From: a virus
DNA: 64,000 nt
Virus record (IMG/VR): IMGVR_UViG_3300020469_000001
Span: 41,273-105,272 of that record
Direction: 5' to 3' (one strand)
The position numbers and the translations under genes were made by a program. This document shows positions 26,038 to 35,780 of this stretch, in pieces. The notes under the pieces are model-generated. The model was not told where the DNA came from, ran no database searches, and saw nothing but the letters and a program-made list of their open reading frames with translations. The first letter of the stretch is position 1; each line of letters starts with the position of its first letter.

Positions 26038-26860
26038 AGAAGATTGGGAGATAACTCCACAATTTAAAAGAGATAACTGGGATAACGAACCAATTCGTTT
26101 ATTTGTTGGAACAAGTGAAACTTTTGATAGACACCCAGAGCAAATATATCTATACAGTATACTAAGAAATACTGACCACCCTGTAGAAGTCACTTGGCTT
26201 AGACCAAGTATGTTCCCTGATTGGACAAGACAAGGATGGGGAACACCATTTACTTGTTTTAGATATGCAATACCAGAGATGTGTAATTTTAAAGGAAGAG
26301 CCTTGTATACTGACTGCGATATGATAAACTTTAGAGATATACAACATCTTTGGAGAACAGACTTAAAAGGTAAACCTTTTGGAATGGTCTGGGATGCACT
26401 ACAAATGAATTCAGATAAATTTAAAGGCACTGACCACGAAAGAGGTTGGTGGTGTGATAGTGTCATGTTGATAGATTGTGAAAAAGCAAAAGAATACATA
26501 CACCCTATAAAAGAACAAGCAAAGTGGCCTACAACATATAAATGGGATTTCATGGCAGGTATAGGTTCTCCCTTCAAAGAGAAATCAAAAGAGATAGTGC
26601 AGGAACTAGATGCAAGATGGAACTCATTTGATGGTGCTGATACAGCATTTCCATACAAAAAACCATACCCAATGGATGATAAAGAACAGTTAGCCTTAGA
26701 AGAAATATGGCAAGTGCATTTGACAGCGTTAAGCTATCAACCTTGGCATCCGAAGTACTCTCCTCATGCAAAAGCTAGTCATAAACGACAAGACATAATG
26801 GAGGTGTATTGGAAGTATAGTAGGGAGTTGAAAACATTGGAGAAGTTAAGTGAGATTTGA
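26015..26860 (+). CDS. glycosyltransferase (GT-A, GT8-like)
   Basis: TPFTCFRYAIP, ALYTDCDM (DxD), SVMLIDC, WN, HLT. Confidence 0.8.
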   Translation: MSHTMISEEDWEITPQFKRDNWDNEPIRLFVGTSETFDRHPEQIYLYSILRNTDHPVEVTWLRPSMFPDWTRQGWGTPFTCFRYAIPEMCNFKGRALYTDCDMINFRDIQHLWRTDLKGKPFGMVWDALQMNSDKFKGTDHERGWWCDSVMLIDCEKAKEYIHPIKEQAKWPTTYKWDFMAGIGSPFKEKSKEIVQELDARWNSFDGADTAFPYKKPYPMDDKEQLALEEIWQVHLTALSYQPWHPKYSPHAKASHKRQDIMEVYWKYSRELKTLEKLSEI

Positions 26861-27536
26861 AGAACTAATTCATCCCATCGGGGTTGATGAGTTTCACTTA
26901 AAATACAAGGGGAAGAAACATTTTTACATCAAACGGAAAGATAATCCGTTTGTAAAACATTTTAGTTGGGAAGAACTAGATAACTATCTCAATCAGATAA
27001 GTATAGGAACTTGGGATAGAACACCACAGCTACAGGTAGTGTTGCCTGACGGAAAGAAGTGGTGTAAGAAAAAAGACAAGACTAAAAAGACACGCACAGA
27101 ACTTTGGAATCTGTGGAATAATGGAAGTAGTTTCATACTCACACTTAGTGAGTTCTTAAGTGAAACTATGTGGAAGCAATGTCAAGAGTTTGAAAAACAT
27201 TACGGTGTTGGTCAAGCAAACATTTACTGCAGTAAGCAGGAAGATGCTAAGTGCTTTCCCATTCATGCAGATTCTACTGACAACTTTTTATTTCATGTAT
27301 CTGGTAAAATACGCTGGTACATTTATGAGGAGTTTGCAGAAAAGGGAGGTCGCTGGGAAGATGCTACTTTGGAAGAAGTAGTAGATTTAGATGATGGCGA
27401 CTTACTTTACATACCGAAAGGTAAGTATCATAGAGTGGATACTCTAAGCCCACGAATATCAATTAGCTTTCACTTTCAGGACCGAAGTGAAGGTAACCCA
27501 TATTATAGGAAGAATTGGTATAACTGGAAACCATAG
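26850..27536 (+). CDS. JmjC/cupin-4 (ROXA-like) 2OG oxygenase
   Basis: ANIY, HAD, GKIRW, GDLLYIPKGKYH, ISISF. Confidence 0.85.
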   Translation: MRFEELIHPIGVDEFHLKYKGKKHFYIKRKDNPFVKHFSWEELDNYLNQISIGTWDRTPQLQVVLPDGKKWCKKKDKTKKTRTELWNLWNNGSSFILTLSEFLSETMWKQCQEFEKHYGVGQANIYCSKQEDAKCFPIHADSTDNFLFHVSGKIRWYIYEEFAEKGGRWEDATLEEVVDLDDGDLLYIPKGKYHRVDTLSPRISISFHFQDRSEGNPYYRKNWYNWKP

Positions 27537-27545
27537 GAGATTACT

Positions 27546-27920
27546 ATGGCAGAAGGAAGTGATAATTCACGAAATGAAGTCGAAATAGATTTAGACAAGT
27601 ATATGGCTCTCATAGAGAAGTTAGACAAGTCTGAAGATATGATAAAAGAAATGCAACTTGAGGCTGCAGCAGCCAAGAAAAGACTTGCACCTCCTAAACG
27701 AAAGTTTATGGACTTATTTCTTGACGACAATGATGTTAATGAGAAGGCTATAATTGGCTTTATCGCATTCTTTATGCTTATTGTTTTCGCTGGGTGTGAC
27801 TTAGTAACGGCGTTCTGGGGACAGGACTTAGTAATTAGTGACACCATATTCACAAGCCTCGTAGTGATTACACTAGGAAGTTTTGGAATCAGTGAAGCAG
27901 GAAGAGCATTTGGAAAGTGA
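27546..27920 (+). CDS. membrane protein with two C-terminal TM helices (holin candidate)
   Basis: Coiled-coil N-terminus, two hydrophobic helices. Confidence 0.6.
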   Translation: MAEGSDNSRNEVEIDLDKYMALIEKLDKSEDMIKEMQLEAAAAKKRLAPPKRKFMDLFLDDNDVNEKAIIGFIAFFMLIVFAGCDLVTAFWGQDLVISDTIFTSLVVITLGSFGISEAGRAFGK

Positions 27921-28303
27921 TAACAGCAAAATTATTTATAGACTTTGAATTAATTGAAAAACAGTATGAACCAGCAATGATTCATACTACGGATATATTC
28001 TGTCCTGTTTCTCATAGAAAGGAACAGGATGGGTATGCCCAACTCCGACAGGATGTACTCAGCAATGGGATGAAGCATCCTGTCATCTTAATTCCTAATA
28101 CAGAAAACAACTATCAGTTAGCAATAAGACAAGTAAATGCTGAGTATATTGTTGACAGAGTAAAGACTAAATATTTATGTATGTATGGAAATCAAAGATT
28201 AGACATATACAAGGACGCTTCCTTCAGTTATATATGGAGTGTGGTAACTGAAAATGTGGAGTGGTCACATGCTGTATTCCTAGAACTAAAAAATAGTTCT
28301 TGA
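27917..28303 (+). CDS. ParB/Srx-like N-terminal domain protein
   Basis: NGMKHPVIL...GNQRL. Confidence 0.55.
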   Translation: MITAKLFIDFELIEKQYEPAMIHTTDIFCPVSHRKEQDGYAQLRQDVLSNGMKHPVILIPNTENNYQLAIRQVNAEYIVDRVKTKYLCMYGNQRLDIYKDASFSYIWSVVTENVEWSHAVFLELKNSS

Positions 28304-28334
28304 CACGAACAAAAAATTTCTGTATAATATACAT

Positions 28335-28487
28335 ATGAATGAAAATACAACAAACAAAAAAACTTGTCAGATGTGGAACTCAGAAACACAGTCCTTTGAG
28401 ACTTGGTACTGGGATAACTGCGAACATTGTGATACATTAGTAGACCACAAAACAGGCGAGTGTAAACAATATAAGTGCTGGATATAA
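28335..28487 (+). CDS. small Cys-rich protein (leaderless)
   Basis: Read manually: MNENTTNKKTCQMW...CEHC...ECKQYKCWI. Confidence 0.55.
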   Translation: MNENTTNKKTCQMWNSETQSFETWYWDNCEHCDTLVDHKTGECKQYKCWI

Positions 28488-28488
28488 T

Positions 28489-29085
28489 ATGAATTTATTT
28501 TACTTAGACGAAGATTTAGACAAGTGTGCTGAATACCATGTGGATAAACACATAGTAAAGATGCCACTTGAAGCTGCACAGCTTTTGTGTACTGCTGTCT
28601 GGGTAGACCATGTACTTGGCTTTGTTCCCCGTGCTTTGAACAAAGAAGAAAGTAAAATCCTCAACGAGGAGAAAGCAAAAATCAAAGACTTACCAATGGA
28701 AGAGAGACCATTGACACCTTACTTACCAATGATGTACAACCATCCTTGCACAATATGGACTAGGTCATCTCTTGACAACTTTGAATGGACTCATTGTTAT
28801 GCAAATGCACTAAATGACGAGTATCATTATCGTTATGGTAAGCAACACAAGTCGATAGTAGAAGTAGTAAACAAACTGCCTGAGCCAAAGAATATGGAGC
28901 GTCTAGGACAGACTCCATTCGGAATGGCTATGCCAGATGAGTTGAAAGACGAAGCGGATGTTGTAGGCAGTTATCGACTCTATTATCACACAGACAAGGC
29001 GACATTCGCCAAGTGGTCACACCGAGACAAACCCCATTGGTGGGATGAAGGTCTCGCATGGTATGACCAACGGATAACAAGATGA
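28489..29085 (+). CDS. pyrimidine-dimer DNA glycosylase/endonuclease V-like protein
   Basis: MNLFYLD, HVDKHIVKMPLEAAQLL, NHPCTIW, YRLYY. Confidence 0.8.
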   Translation: MNLFYLDEDLDKCAEYHVDKHIVKMPLEAAQLLCTAVWVDHVLGFVPRALNKEESKILNEEKAKIKDLPMEERPLTPYLPMMYNHPCTIWTRSSLDNFEWTHCYANALNDEYHYRYGKQHKSIVEVVNKLPEPKNMERLGQTPFGMAMPDELKDEADVVGSYRLYYHTDKATFAKWSHRDKPHWWDEGLAWYDQRITR

Positions 29086-29276
29086 TTAAAGTAGAAAGCG
29101 AAGGCTATACCTTTACATTTAATGACGGAACAACAGAAGAACAACAGCAAGAAGCAATCAAAAGACATCTAGCAAAGAGCAGATGGTTTAGACCGATTGT
29201 TATGCACAAGAAAGATGGCAATATTGTACATCTAGGAAATGGAGTAAGAAAACATGGCAAAAGACATACCTCTTGA
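29082..29276 (+). CDS. hypothetical protein
   Basis: ORF track. Confidence 0.55.
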   Translation: MIKVESEGYTFTFNDGTTEEQQQEAIKRHLAKSRWFRPIVMHKKDGNIVHLGNGVRKHGKRHTS

Positions 29277-29469
29277 TGTATTATTGGGAGTCAAAAAAGA
29301 ACCTATAAATACTATGGAACATAGAGATATGATTCGTGTAAATCTAAACAAACAAAGAGAAGTCACCGAGCAAGAAATTTCTTTGCTTCAGGGTCAATTA
29401 GACTCTAAGAAAGAATACCTTGCAAAGATAGAGGGCGGACTTGATGTACTTGATGAATTAAGCAAGTGA
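29254..29469 (+). CDS. hypothetical coiled-coil protein
   Basis: ORF track. Confidence 0.6.
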   Translation: MAKDIPLDVLLGVKKEPINTMEHRDMIRVNLNKQREVTEQEISLLQGQLDSKKEYLAKIEGGLDVLDELSK

Positions 29470-30092
29470 TAGTAATAAAGGACGATTTTTACGCTTACCC
29501 AGACGAGGTCAGAAAAGAAGCCTTGTCTATGTTTTTTAGACCAGGGCGCAGGGAACGAAGAACTATGTTTCCAGGGCGTCGCACTAAGTCATCCTTCAGT
29601 AATGAGAACTTCATTTATTGTAGGAATAGGTGGGAGAATATGCTTAACGCAAAAATGCAATATTTTCCTAGAAGAAATAGTAATACAGCTTTTACATTGT
29701 CAGAGCATGATGATGCAAACTGGAACTGGGTACACCATGACTGTTCAGGATTCTTAGAGAATACTAGCAAAGACATGAGAGGTCAAGCGTACGCAGCAGT
29801 TATATATCTAAGCCCTAACGCAGATGTTAGAAAAGGTACAGGATTATTCCAGTCTATAAAGACAGGAAAAGTACATAAGAATGACGAACTAAGTAAAGGC
29901 AAAGGTATGTTCAAACAAATGTGGAAAGAGGACGGAGAGTTCTTAATGCACACTTATGTTGGGAACATCTATAACAGATGTGTTTTGTACCCTGCACACT
30001 ATTGGCACGCTCCATTCTGTGCGGGATATGGACACGACAAAGCTACTGGACGATTAGTTCAGGTTGGCTTTTTTACGATAAACAAAAAATGA
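29466..30092 (+). CDS. 2OG-Fe(II) oxygenase-like (DUF6445-type)
   Basis: DDFY.PD.VR, FPGRR, WVHHD, AAVIYL, NRCVLY...H, RLVQ. Confidence 0.75.
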   Translation: MIVIKDDFYAYPDEVRKEALSMFFRPGRRERRTMFPGRRTKSSFSNENFIYCRNRWENMLNAKMQYFPRRNSNTAFTLSEHDDANWNWVHHDCSGFLENTSKDMRGQAYAAVIYLSPNADVRKGTGLFQSIKTGKVHKNDELSKGKGMFKQMWKEDGEFLMHTYVGNIYNRCVLYPAHYWHAPFCAGYGHDKATGRLVQVGFFTINKK

Positions 30093-30406
30093 GTGAGTAC
30101 AACAGCGATAAATTTAACGAACATCAAGTATTAGAAATGCTTGAAGAATACATAATGTCTACCTATGGTAAGCATTACAGTATGAATAAGATACAATCTA
30201 CTGAGTTCGTATTCGATGCAGGACATGGCGAAGGTTTCTGTTTAGGAAACATCATCAAGTATGCACAGAGATATGGCAAGAAAGATGGTAAGAATGTTGA
30301 TGACTTACTCAAAATTTTACATTATGGAATAATTTTATTAGGGGTAGAAATTGAGAACGAAGAAACACGAAAATCTTTCACAAGCAAATATAAGCAAGGT
30401 AATTGA
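30089..30406 (+). CDS. DUF3310-family (nucleotide kinase-like) protein
   Basis: HY...GFCLGNIIKYAQRYGKK...DLLKILHY. Confidence 0.75.
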   Translation: MSEYNSDKFNEHQVLEMLEEYIMSTYGKHYSMNKIQSTEFVFDAGHGEGFCLGNIIKYAQRYGKKDGKNVDDLLKILHYGIILLGVEIENEETRKSFTSKYKQGN

Positions 30407-31010
30407 ATACTTAAACCCTACAGATGGTAGTAAGCCTATCACTAAAAAAGAAGCATGTAGTATACTTAACATAGCTTACAACACAACAAGATTAGGCAAC
30501 ATCATTGCAGAGTTTGAAGAAATGATGGAATTCCGTGCAAGAAGAAAAGCACAGAACAGAGGCAAGGCTGCAACACCAGCAGAGATAAAAGATACAGTAA
30601 AGATGTATCTTGAAGGAGATAATGTAAGTGATATAGCAAAATCGCTATATAGGTCTCCAGCATTTATCAAATCAATAATTGATAAGATAGGTGTGCCACA
30701 AAAGATAGCACACACAGATTACGAAGGCAGACGAAATGCCATGCTACCAGAACAATGTGTAGCAGAAAGTTTCGAACCAAAAGAAAAAATATGGGCAATC
30801 AGACAGAACTATCCTGCAATAGTGCAAAGAGAGTTATCACCTGAAGTTGCCGAACAGCGAGGATTCAAAGTATATCTAGTATATACTATTGAAGCAACAC
30901 AAGACGACCTCGCAAATACATTCTTCCCATACTTAGAGTATGCAGGTAAATATCATTGCCTCGCAGCTTTTGATATGGGTAGTTTAAGACATTTACAAGA
31001 GTACATGTAA
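30351..31010 (+). CDS. T5 D2-like protein
   Basis: TKKEACSILNIAYNTTRL; HTH; position in T5 synteny. Confidence 0.75.
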   Translation: MRTKKHENLSQANISKVIEYLNPTDGSKPITKKEACSILNIAYNTTRLGNIIAEFEEMMEFRARRKAQNRGKAATPAEIKDTVKMYLEGDNVSDIAKSLYRSPAFIKSIIDKIGVPQKIAHTDYEGRRNAMLPEQCVAESFEPKEKIWAIRQNYPAIVQRELSPEVAEQRGFKVYLVYTIEATQDDLANTFFPYLEYAGKYHCLAAFDMGSLRHLQEYM

Positions 31011-31022
31011 AAAGGAATAAAA

Positions 31023-31283
31023 ATGGACGCACTAATGTTAGTGTCGGCATTTTGGATAGCTGGAGTGGGAATGGCAATTTATACACTCTACATTCCAGCA
31101 GTGCAGATAATTGGAAGAATAGATAAGAACAATTTAGGATATAGATATGCTTGGTTAGGCGGGATTGTTTTCGCCTTCTTTTCAGCAGTATCTTTACCTT
31201 TTCTTATACACATAATACTAATAGACAAACATCAGGAAAGATTCCTGAGAGCATTTATACCAGCATATATGGGAGAAAAATAA
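31023..31283 (+). CDS. membrane protein
   Basis: Two TM helices; AAGGA RBS. Confidence 0.65.
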   Translation: MDALMLVSAFWIAGVGMAIYTLYIPAVQIIGRIDKNNLGYRYAWLGGIVFAFFSAVSLPFLIHIILIDKHQERFLRAFIPAYMGEK

Positions 31284-31486
31284 TGTATAGAGGAAACGCA
31301 TACTACGAAGCATTAAAATTAAAATACTTAGCCGAAATTGCAGAAGCAGAGGCAGTACTAGGAACATACTTTACGAACTCAGTAGGTATTGGGGAACACT
31401 CCGAACTATTACCAGAGTTTGATAAATGGGTAGGTGTACTAGCAGAATCAAAAGATAAGCTAAAAGCATTAGAAGGGTTGCTGTAA
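31283..31486 (+). CDS. hypothetical protein
   Basis: VGIGEH motif; TAATG coupling; 3' part of track ORF 31151..31486. Confidence 0.65.
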   Translation: MYRGNAYYEALKLKYLAEIAEAEAVLGTYFTNSVGIGEHSELLPEFDKWVGVLAESKDKLKALEGLL

Positions 31487-31618
31487 TGCACGATATACAA
31501 AAGTGTACTCAAAAACTTATTGCATTAATTGATGCAGTAGAAAGAATAGACAAGGATAACCAAACGACCTTACCTTGGAAACTACAAAACGCAAAAGAGT
31601 TAGCAAGAGAACTAAAGA

Positions 31619-31975
31619 ATGAATCAGAGTTTATTACTTCACTACGATAACAAAACTATCGGAGTTGTACGAAACCCCTATGAACGAGTAGTTAATCTGT
31701 ATATGGAGAGCTTGGATTATATTGGATTGGATAATTGGATAGCCAAATACCCTCCTGAAAAACAAGTAGTTCTGTATAAGAATTGTGACCACTTAGTTCG
31801 TTTCGAGGCATGGGAAGATGAACTTAAATTTGCAAAACTACATCCAAAAGATACATCAATTTTGAAGGATGAGGAGATAGTACCTATGTGGAATAGGTGG
31901 TATACAATGAAGACTAAAACTTTAGTTTACTCAATATATCGGGAAGATATTTTAACCTACGGTTATAGCTTCTAA
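31619..31975 (+). CDS. truncated sulfotransferase-like protein
   Basis: VVRNPYER, RFE, YREDILTYGY; lacks the N-terminal PAPS-binding loop. Confidence 0.55.
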   Translation: MNQSLLLHYDNKTIGVVRNPYERVVNLYMESLDYIGLDNWIAKYPPEKQVVLYKNCDHLVRFEAWEDELKFAKLHPKDTSILKDEEIVPMWNRWYTMKTKTLVYSIYREDILTYGYSF

Positions 31976-32159
31976 AATATAGTTCTTGACACAAGGTCAA
32001 AATTCCGTTATAATATATCTATATTATGGAAATAAGCTAATGAGTGACAGATTTTATACGCAACAGCTAGAAGCCACAGGTTGGTGTCCTGGCTACCGCA
32101 ATACTCTAACTCTTAGTGAATTTGAATCAAAATTTGGTAAAACAAAAAGGAGAAAAAGA

Positions 32160-32510
32160 ATGGCTTGGACAGATGAAGCTAAAGCTCAAGCAGTAGAGAT
32201 GTATACTGCGGAAGAACCAACTCCAGACAACAGTATGGAAGTTGTAAAGATGATTGCTGAAGAATTAGGCGAGAGCCCAAATGGTGTCAGAATGATTCTA
32301 ACAAAAGCTGGTGTATATGTAAAGAAAACTCCAGCTGCAAAAAGCAGTGGTGGAACTGGCGGTGGCAGAGTAAATGTCGCAGCTGCTCAAGACGAGTTAG
32401 CAAAAGCTATCTCAGATATGGGTAAAGAAGCCGATACTGCAATCATAAGTAAGCTAACAGGTAAAGCTGCTATGTATTTTGCAACACTAATTAACGAACT
32501 TAACGATTAA
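32160..32510 (+). CDS. T5 D3-like DNA-binding protein
   Basis: SMEVV...SPNGVRMILTKAGVYVKK...IISKLTGKAA; AAGGAG RBS. Confidence 0.85.
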   Translation: MAWTDEAKAQAVEMYTAEEPTPDNSMEVVKMIAEELGESPNGVRMILTKAGVYVKKTPAAKSSGGTGGGRVNVAAAQDELAKAISDMGKEADTAIISKLTGKAAMYFATLINELND

Positions 32511-32630
32511 TTACCCCTGAATCTTGGGGAGGGCAACCTCCCTGAGTATTTTTGTATCTAACAGAAATAGCTCGTAAGAACCTTACCATTGATAGGACGC
32601 TAATAGATATTAACCACCTACAAGGAAAGA

Positions 32631-32903
32631 ATGAAAAAGGACGATTTTGTTAGAAAACTAGACGATGCAGGTGATGCAATCGTCACCTACAGAAGTCAAA
32701 ACAGTCGTAGACTAAAGTATAATGTCTGCACTAGTGACTTCGACAATAAATATATACAATCAAAAAAGAATCGAGCTAAGCCGAATCCAAGACAAGTTCT
32801 CTTGTTTTGTTGGGATACTGATTCTTACAGATTATTACAACCTGACAATGTAACTTCTATCGTGCCTTTAGCAGCTATACTAAAAAATGATAGAACTACA
32901 TAA
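32631..32903 (+). CDS. conserved T5-like hypothetical protein
   Basis: DFDNKYI...FCWDTDSYR...VPL; sits between D3 and the PC4-like gene. Confidence 0.7.
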   Translation: MKKDDFVRKLDDAGDAIVTYRSQNSRRLKYNVCTSDFDNKYIQSKKNRAKPNPRQVLLFCWDTDSYRLLQPDNVTSIVPLAAILKNDRTT

Positions 32904-33189
32904 CGAAACACCTGTCTACGAAAAGGTTATTCATTATAACGAAGAAAAGAATGAAAAAGTTTATGTTATGATAAACAATTTTCGTGGCACAGAGTATCTA
33001 CACATAAGGAAGTATTATCAAGACTTTGATGAAGAATGGAAACCTACAAGGGAGGGCATTGCCTTACCTATTGATTTGGATAACACTAGAGAACTTTTTG
33101 ACGCATTAGTTGAGATTCTTTCCATATCAGAAGTCAAAGGAGTATTAGAAACACATTTCAAAGAAATACTCGATAAGATTTATTTATAG
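32887..33189 (+). CDS. PC4/p15-like ssDNA-binding protein
   Basis: FRGTEYLHIRKYYQDFDEEWKPTREGI. Confidence 0.8.
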   Translation: MIELHNETPVYEKVIHYNEEKNEKVYVMINNFRGTEYLHIRKYYQDFDEEWKPTREGIALPIDLDNTRELFDALVEILSISEVKGVLETHFKEILDKIYL

Positions 33190-33240
33190 TATCAAAAAAT
33201 AATACTTGACACGAACCCAAAAATTCTGTATAATATACTT

Positions 33241-34182
33241 ATGAATAAAACAGAATACCTAGAATATTGTAATCAGATGTATGCAGAAGGTAATCCTATA
33301 TTGCCTGACGAAGTATACGATAGACTAGTAGAAAATACCGAACTTGAAAGTAAGGTCGGATATGATTCCACAGAAGAACGATTTCAACATCCCTACCCAA
33401 TGTATTCATTACAGAAAGTCTTTGTCGGAGAAGATAAAGAACCAGATTGGGAAATCAAACAACCACATATAATGACTGCCAAGTTGGACGGTGCAGCCGT
33501 GTCTATAACTTATATAGATGGCGTACTGACACAGGCGTTGACTCGTGGTGATGGTAAAGCAGGGCTAGATATTACTGATAAAATGAGATGTATAGTACCA
33601 GAACGATTGGATAATCTTTATGGGGTAAGACAAATTACTGGAGAAGTAGTTGCTCCCAAAAGTATTCCTAACGCTAGAAATTATGCGAGTGGTGCTTTGA
33701 ATCTCAAAGATATAGAAGAATTTAAATCCAGAGATGTAACTTTCATAGCGTATGGTGTTCAGCCATATCCAACCGATAGTTGGGTAGAAGATATGAGAGA
33801 ACTTGTACATAATGGATTTTCAACTGTCACACAAAGTGATTACAGCATGTTCCCTCAGGACGGTAAAGTGGTACGAGTCGACTCTAATAAATATTTTGAA
33901 AAATTAGGCTACACCTCACACCACCCTAGAGGCAGCTTCGCTCTAAAAACTAGACAGGCAGGAGTAGTTACTCGACTCTTAGATGTTGAATGGAATGTCG
34001 GGAAGTCAGGTGCTGTTTCACCAGTAGCAATACTGGAGCCCTGTGTAATCGGTGAGGCGACAGTTAGTAGGGCAACCCTACATAACATGGCGTATATTGA
34101 TGCATTGGAACTAGAGATTGGTTGTGATGTAGAAGTAATACGAAGTGGAGAAATAATACCTAGAATAGTAAAAAGAATATGA
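33241..34182 (+). CDS. ligA: NAD-dependent DNA ligase, subunit A (adenylation and OB domains)
   Basis: MYSLQK, KLDG, ALTRGDG, GEV, DG, VSRATLHN, RSGEIIP. Confidence 0.92.
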   Translation: MNKTEYLEYCNQMYAEGNPILPDEVYDRLVENTELESKVGYDSTEERFQHPYPMYSLQKVFVGEDKEPDWEIKQPHIMTAKLDGAAVSITYIDGVLTQALTRGDGKAGLDITDKMRCIVPERLDNLYGVRQITGEVVAPKSIPNARNYASGALNLKDIEEFKSRDVTFIAYGVQPYPTDSWVEDMRELVHNGFSTVTQSDYSMFPQDGKVVRVDSNKYFEKLGYTSHHPRGSFALKTRQAGVVTRLLDVEWNVGKSGAVSPVAILEPCVIGEATVSRATLHNMAYIDALELEIGCDVEVIRSGEIIPRIVKRI

Positions 34183-34718
34183 CAGTGGATGATTACAGAA
34201 AACTTGGCAATCCTAGAAGGAACGGCTTAGGTTTCATATGGATTATGGATGGAGAGGAAAGATATAATTTCTATCATCCAGAGCTACTGCCTATTGGAGT
34301 ACAACAGTATCACAATCATAGATACAGTTTTATTTCTAAGATTCTTAAAGGTAAGTTCTGCAACAGAAAAGCAGAGTTAGTTGAGGGCAATAAAGAGCTT
34401 TGGGCTATTGACTGCGTTGGAGACAAGAGTAAACTAAAAGGTGGAGAGTCTAAAAAACTGGACAACGGCATTGATATATTTGAAGGAGAAGTAGAGTATC
34501 TAAATGAGGGCGACAGTTACTATATGCACCAAAATGAATATCACATAGCATGGGCAGAGACCCCTGCTATTACGCATCTAGAACAAATGGGCGAACCTAT
34601 ACAAGGTCTAGGAGTGTATCATAGATATGACTATCATCATTGTCCTATCGCAGATTTTAAATTACCACACCATTTATGTTGGGAGATTATTGAGGAGATT
34701 ATAAACCATGGCAAATAA
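34179..34718 (+). CDS. cupin-like hypothetical protein, paralog of 36871..37401
   Basis: GLGFI...NFY.P.L...HNHRY.F.S...G...H. Confidence 0.65.
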   Translation: MTVDDYRKLGNPRRNGLGFIWIMDGEERYNFYHPELLPIGVQQYHNHRYSFISKILKGKFCNRKAELVEGNKELWAIDCVGDKSKLKGGESKKLDNGIDIFEGEVEYLNEGDSYYMHQNEYHIAWAETPAITHLEQMGEPIQGLGVYHRYDYHHCPIADFKLPHHLCWEIIEEIINHGK

Positions 34719-35016
34719 AAAAGAAATAATCTTTAGTAAAGAAGAACAAAAAAATAGTAATAGAATTTATAAGAGTGCCACACCAAAACAGACAACTGAT
34801 TGGTATATCAAGTGGGCAGCCTCTGGAGTACTACTTACAGCTATGGTTATTAGGTCGGCAGGAGTATCAAATCTTGCTGATACAATATTATCTTTTATTG
34901 GGTGTTTAGGTTGGTTATTTGTAGCGTTTATCTGGAAGGATAGAGCATTAATACTTTTAAACGGCATAGCTTGTTTCATATTATTAACAGGAATATTCAC
35001 TAAAGTATTGTCATGA
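34708..35016 (+). CDS. small multi-TM membrane protein
   Basis: WYIKW...GWLFV...WKDRALILLN. Confidence 0.7.
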   Translation: MANKKEIIFSKEEQKNSNRIYKSATPKQTTDWYIKWAASGVLLTAMVIRSAGVSNLADTILSFIGCLGWLFVAFIWKDRALILLNGIACFILLTGIFTKVLS

Positions 35017-35780
35017 ACCCCATACTAATCAATATAGATGTATGTGGTATCTGTAACGAATCGTGTAATTATTGCCCGAGGTCATCTTCATATCCAAACA
35101 AAAAAGAATATATGAGTGTAGAACTTTTTACTAAGTTCATAAATGATTGTAAGGATTATACTGGGTTCATCTGTTTTACAGGCAGAGGAGAAAACAGTTT
35201 AAACCCAAAATTCAAGAAACTTGTGGAAATTTTACATTCGAGTGATAGGAAGTATAAGACTAGAATTTTGACAAATGGATATAAACTAAAAGAAAAGTAT
35301 GAATGGTTTAACATGTTTGATTCGCTAATCATCAACTCTTACGAGAGTAAACATCAGATGGAAGCAAGAAAAAAACTTATGCCTCGTGCTACCCACAGGT
35401 ATTGGGATCAAAGTATAGAGCCAGAAGAATGGGGTGAAACACCTATTCAAGTTCAAAATAGAACTGAACTATACGAAAGAATCGCAACAGATAGAAGTGA
35501 AATTAACACACCTTGCATATTACCAGCAAGTAAAGGGTGGATACATCATGACGGAACTATACAGTTATGTTGTAATGATTGGACAGACACAAATGTATAT
35601 GGCAACATTGCACATGATAACTTCTTTGATGTATGGAATAATAATGAAGAACTTATAAAGATAAGAACACAGCTGTTATATGGCAATAGAAGTGCTAATC
35701 CTATATGCACAAATTGTAATAGGAAAGTAACAGATAGAGAGGAGAAAAGAATTGGAAGGCTTAGACAAGTCTATAAATAG
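35013..35780 (+). CDS. radical SAM protein with SPASM/Twitch domain
   Basis: CNESCNYC, GRGE, TNG, PC...G...LCCND...GN...CTNC. Confidence 0.88.
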   Translation: MNPILINIDVCGICNESCNYCPRSSSYPNKKEYMSVELFTKFINDCKDYTGFICFTGRGENSLNPKFKKLVEILHSSDRKYKTRILTNGYKLKEKYEWFNMFDSLIINSYESKHQMEARKKLMPRATHRYWDQSIEPEEWGETPIQVQNRTELYERIATDRSEINTPCILPASKGWIHHDGTIQLCCNDWTDTNVYGNIAHDNFFDVWNNNEELIKIRTQLLYGNRSANPICTNCNRKVTDREEKRIGRLRQVYK

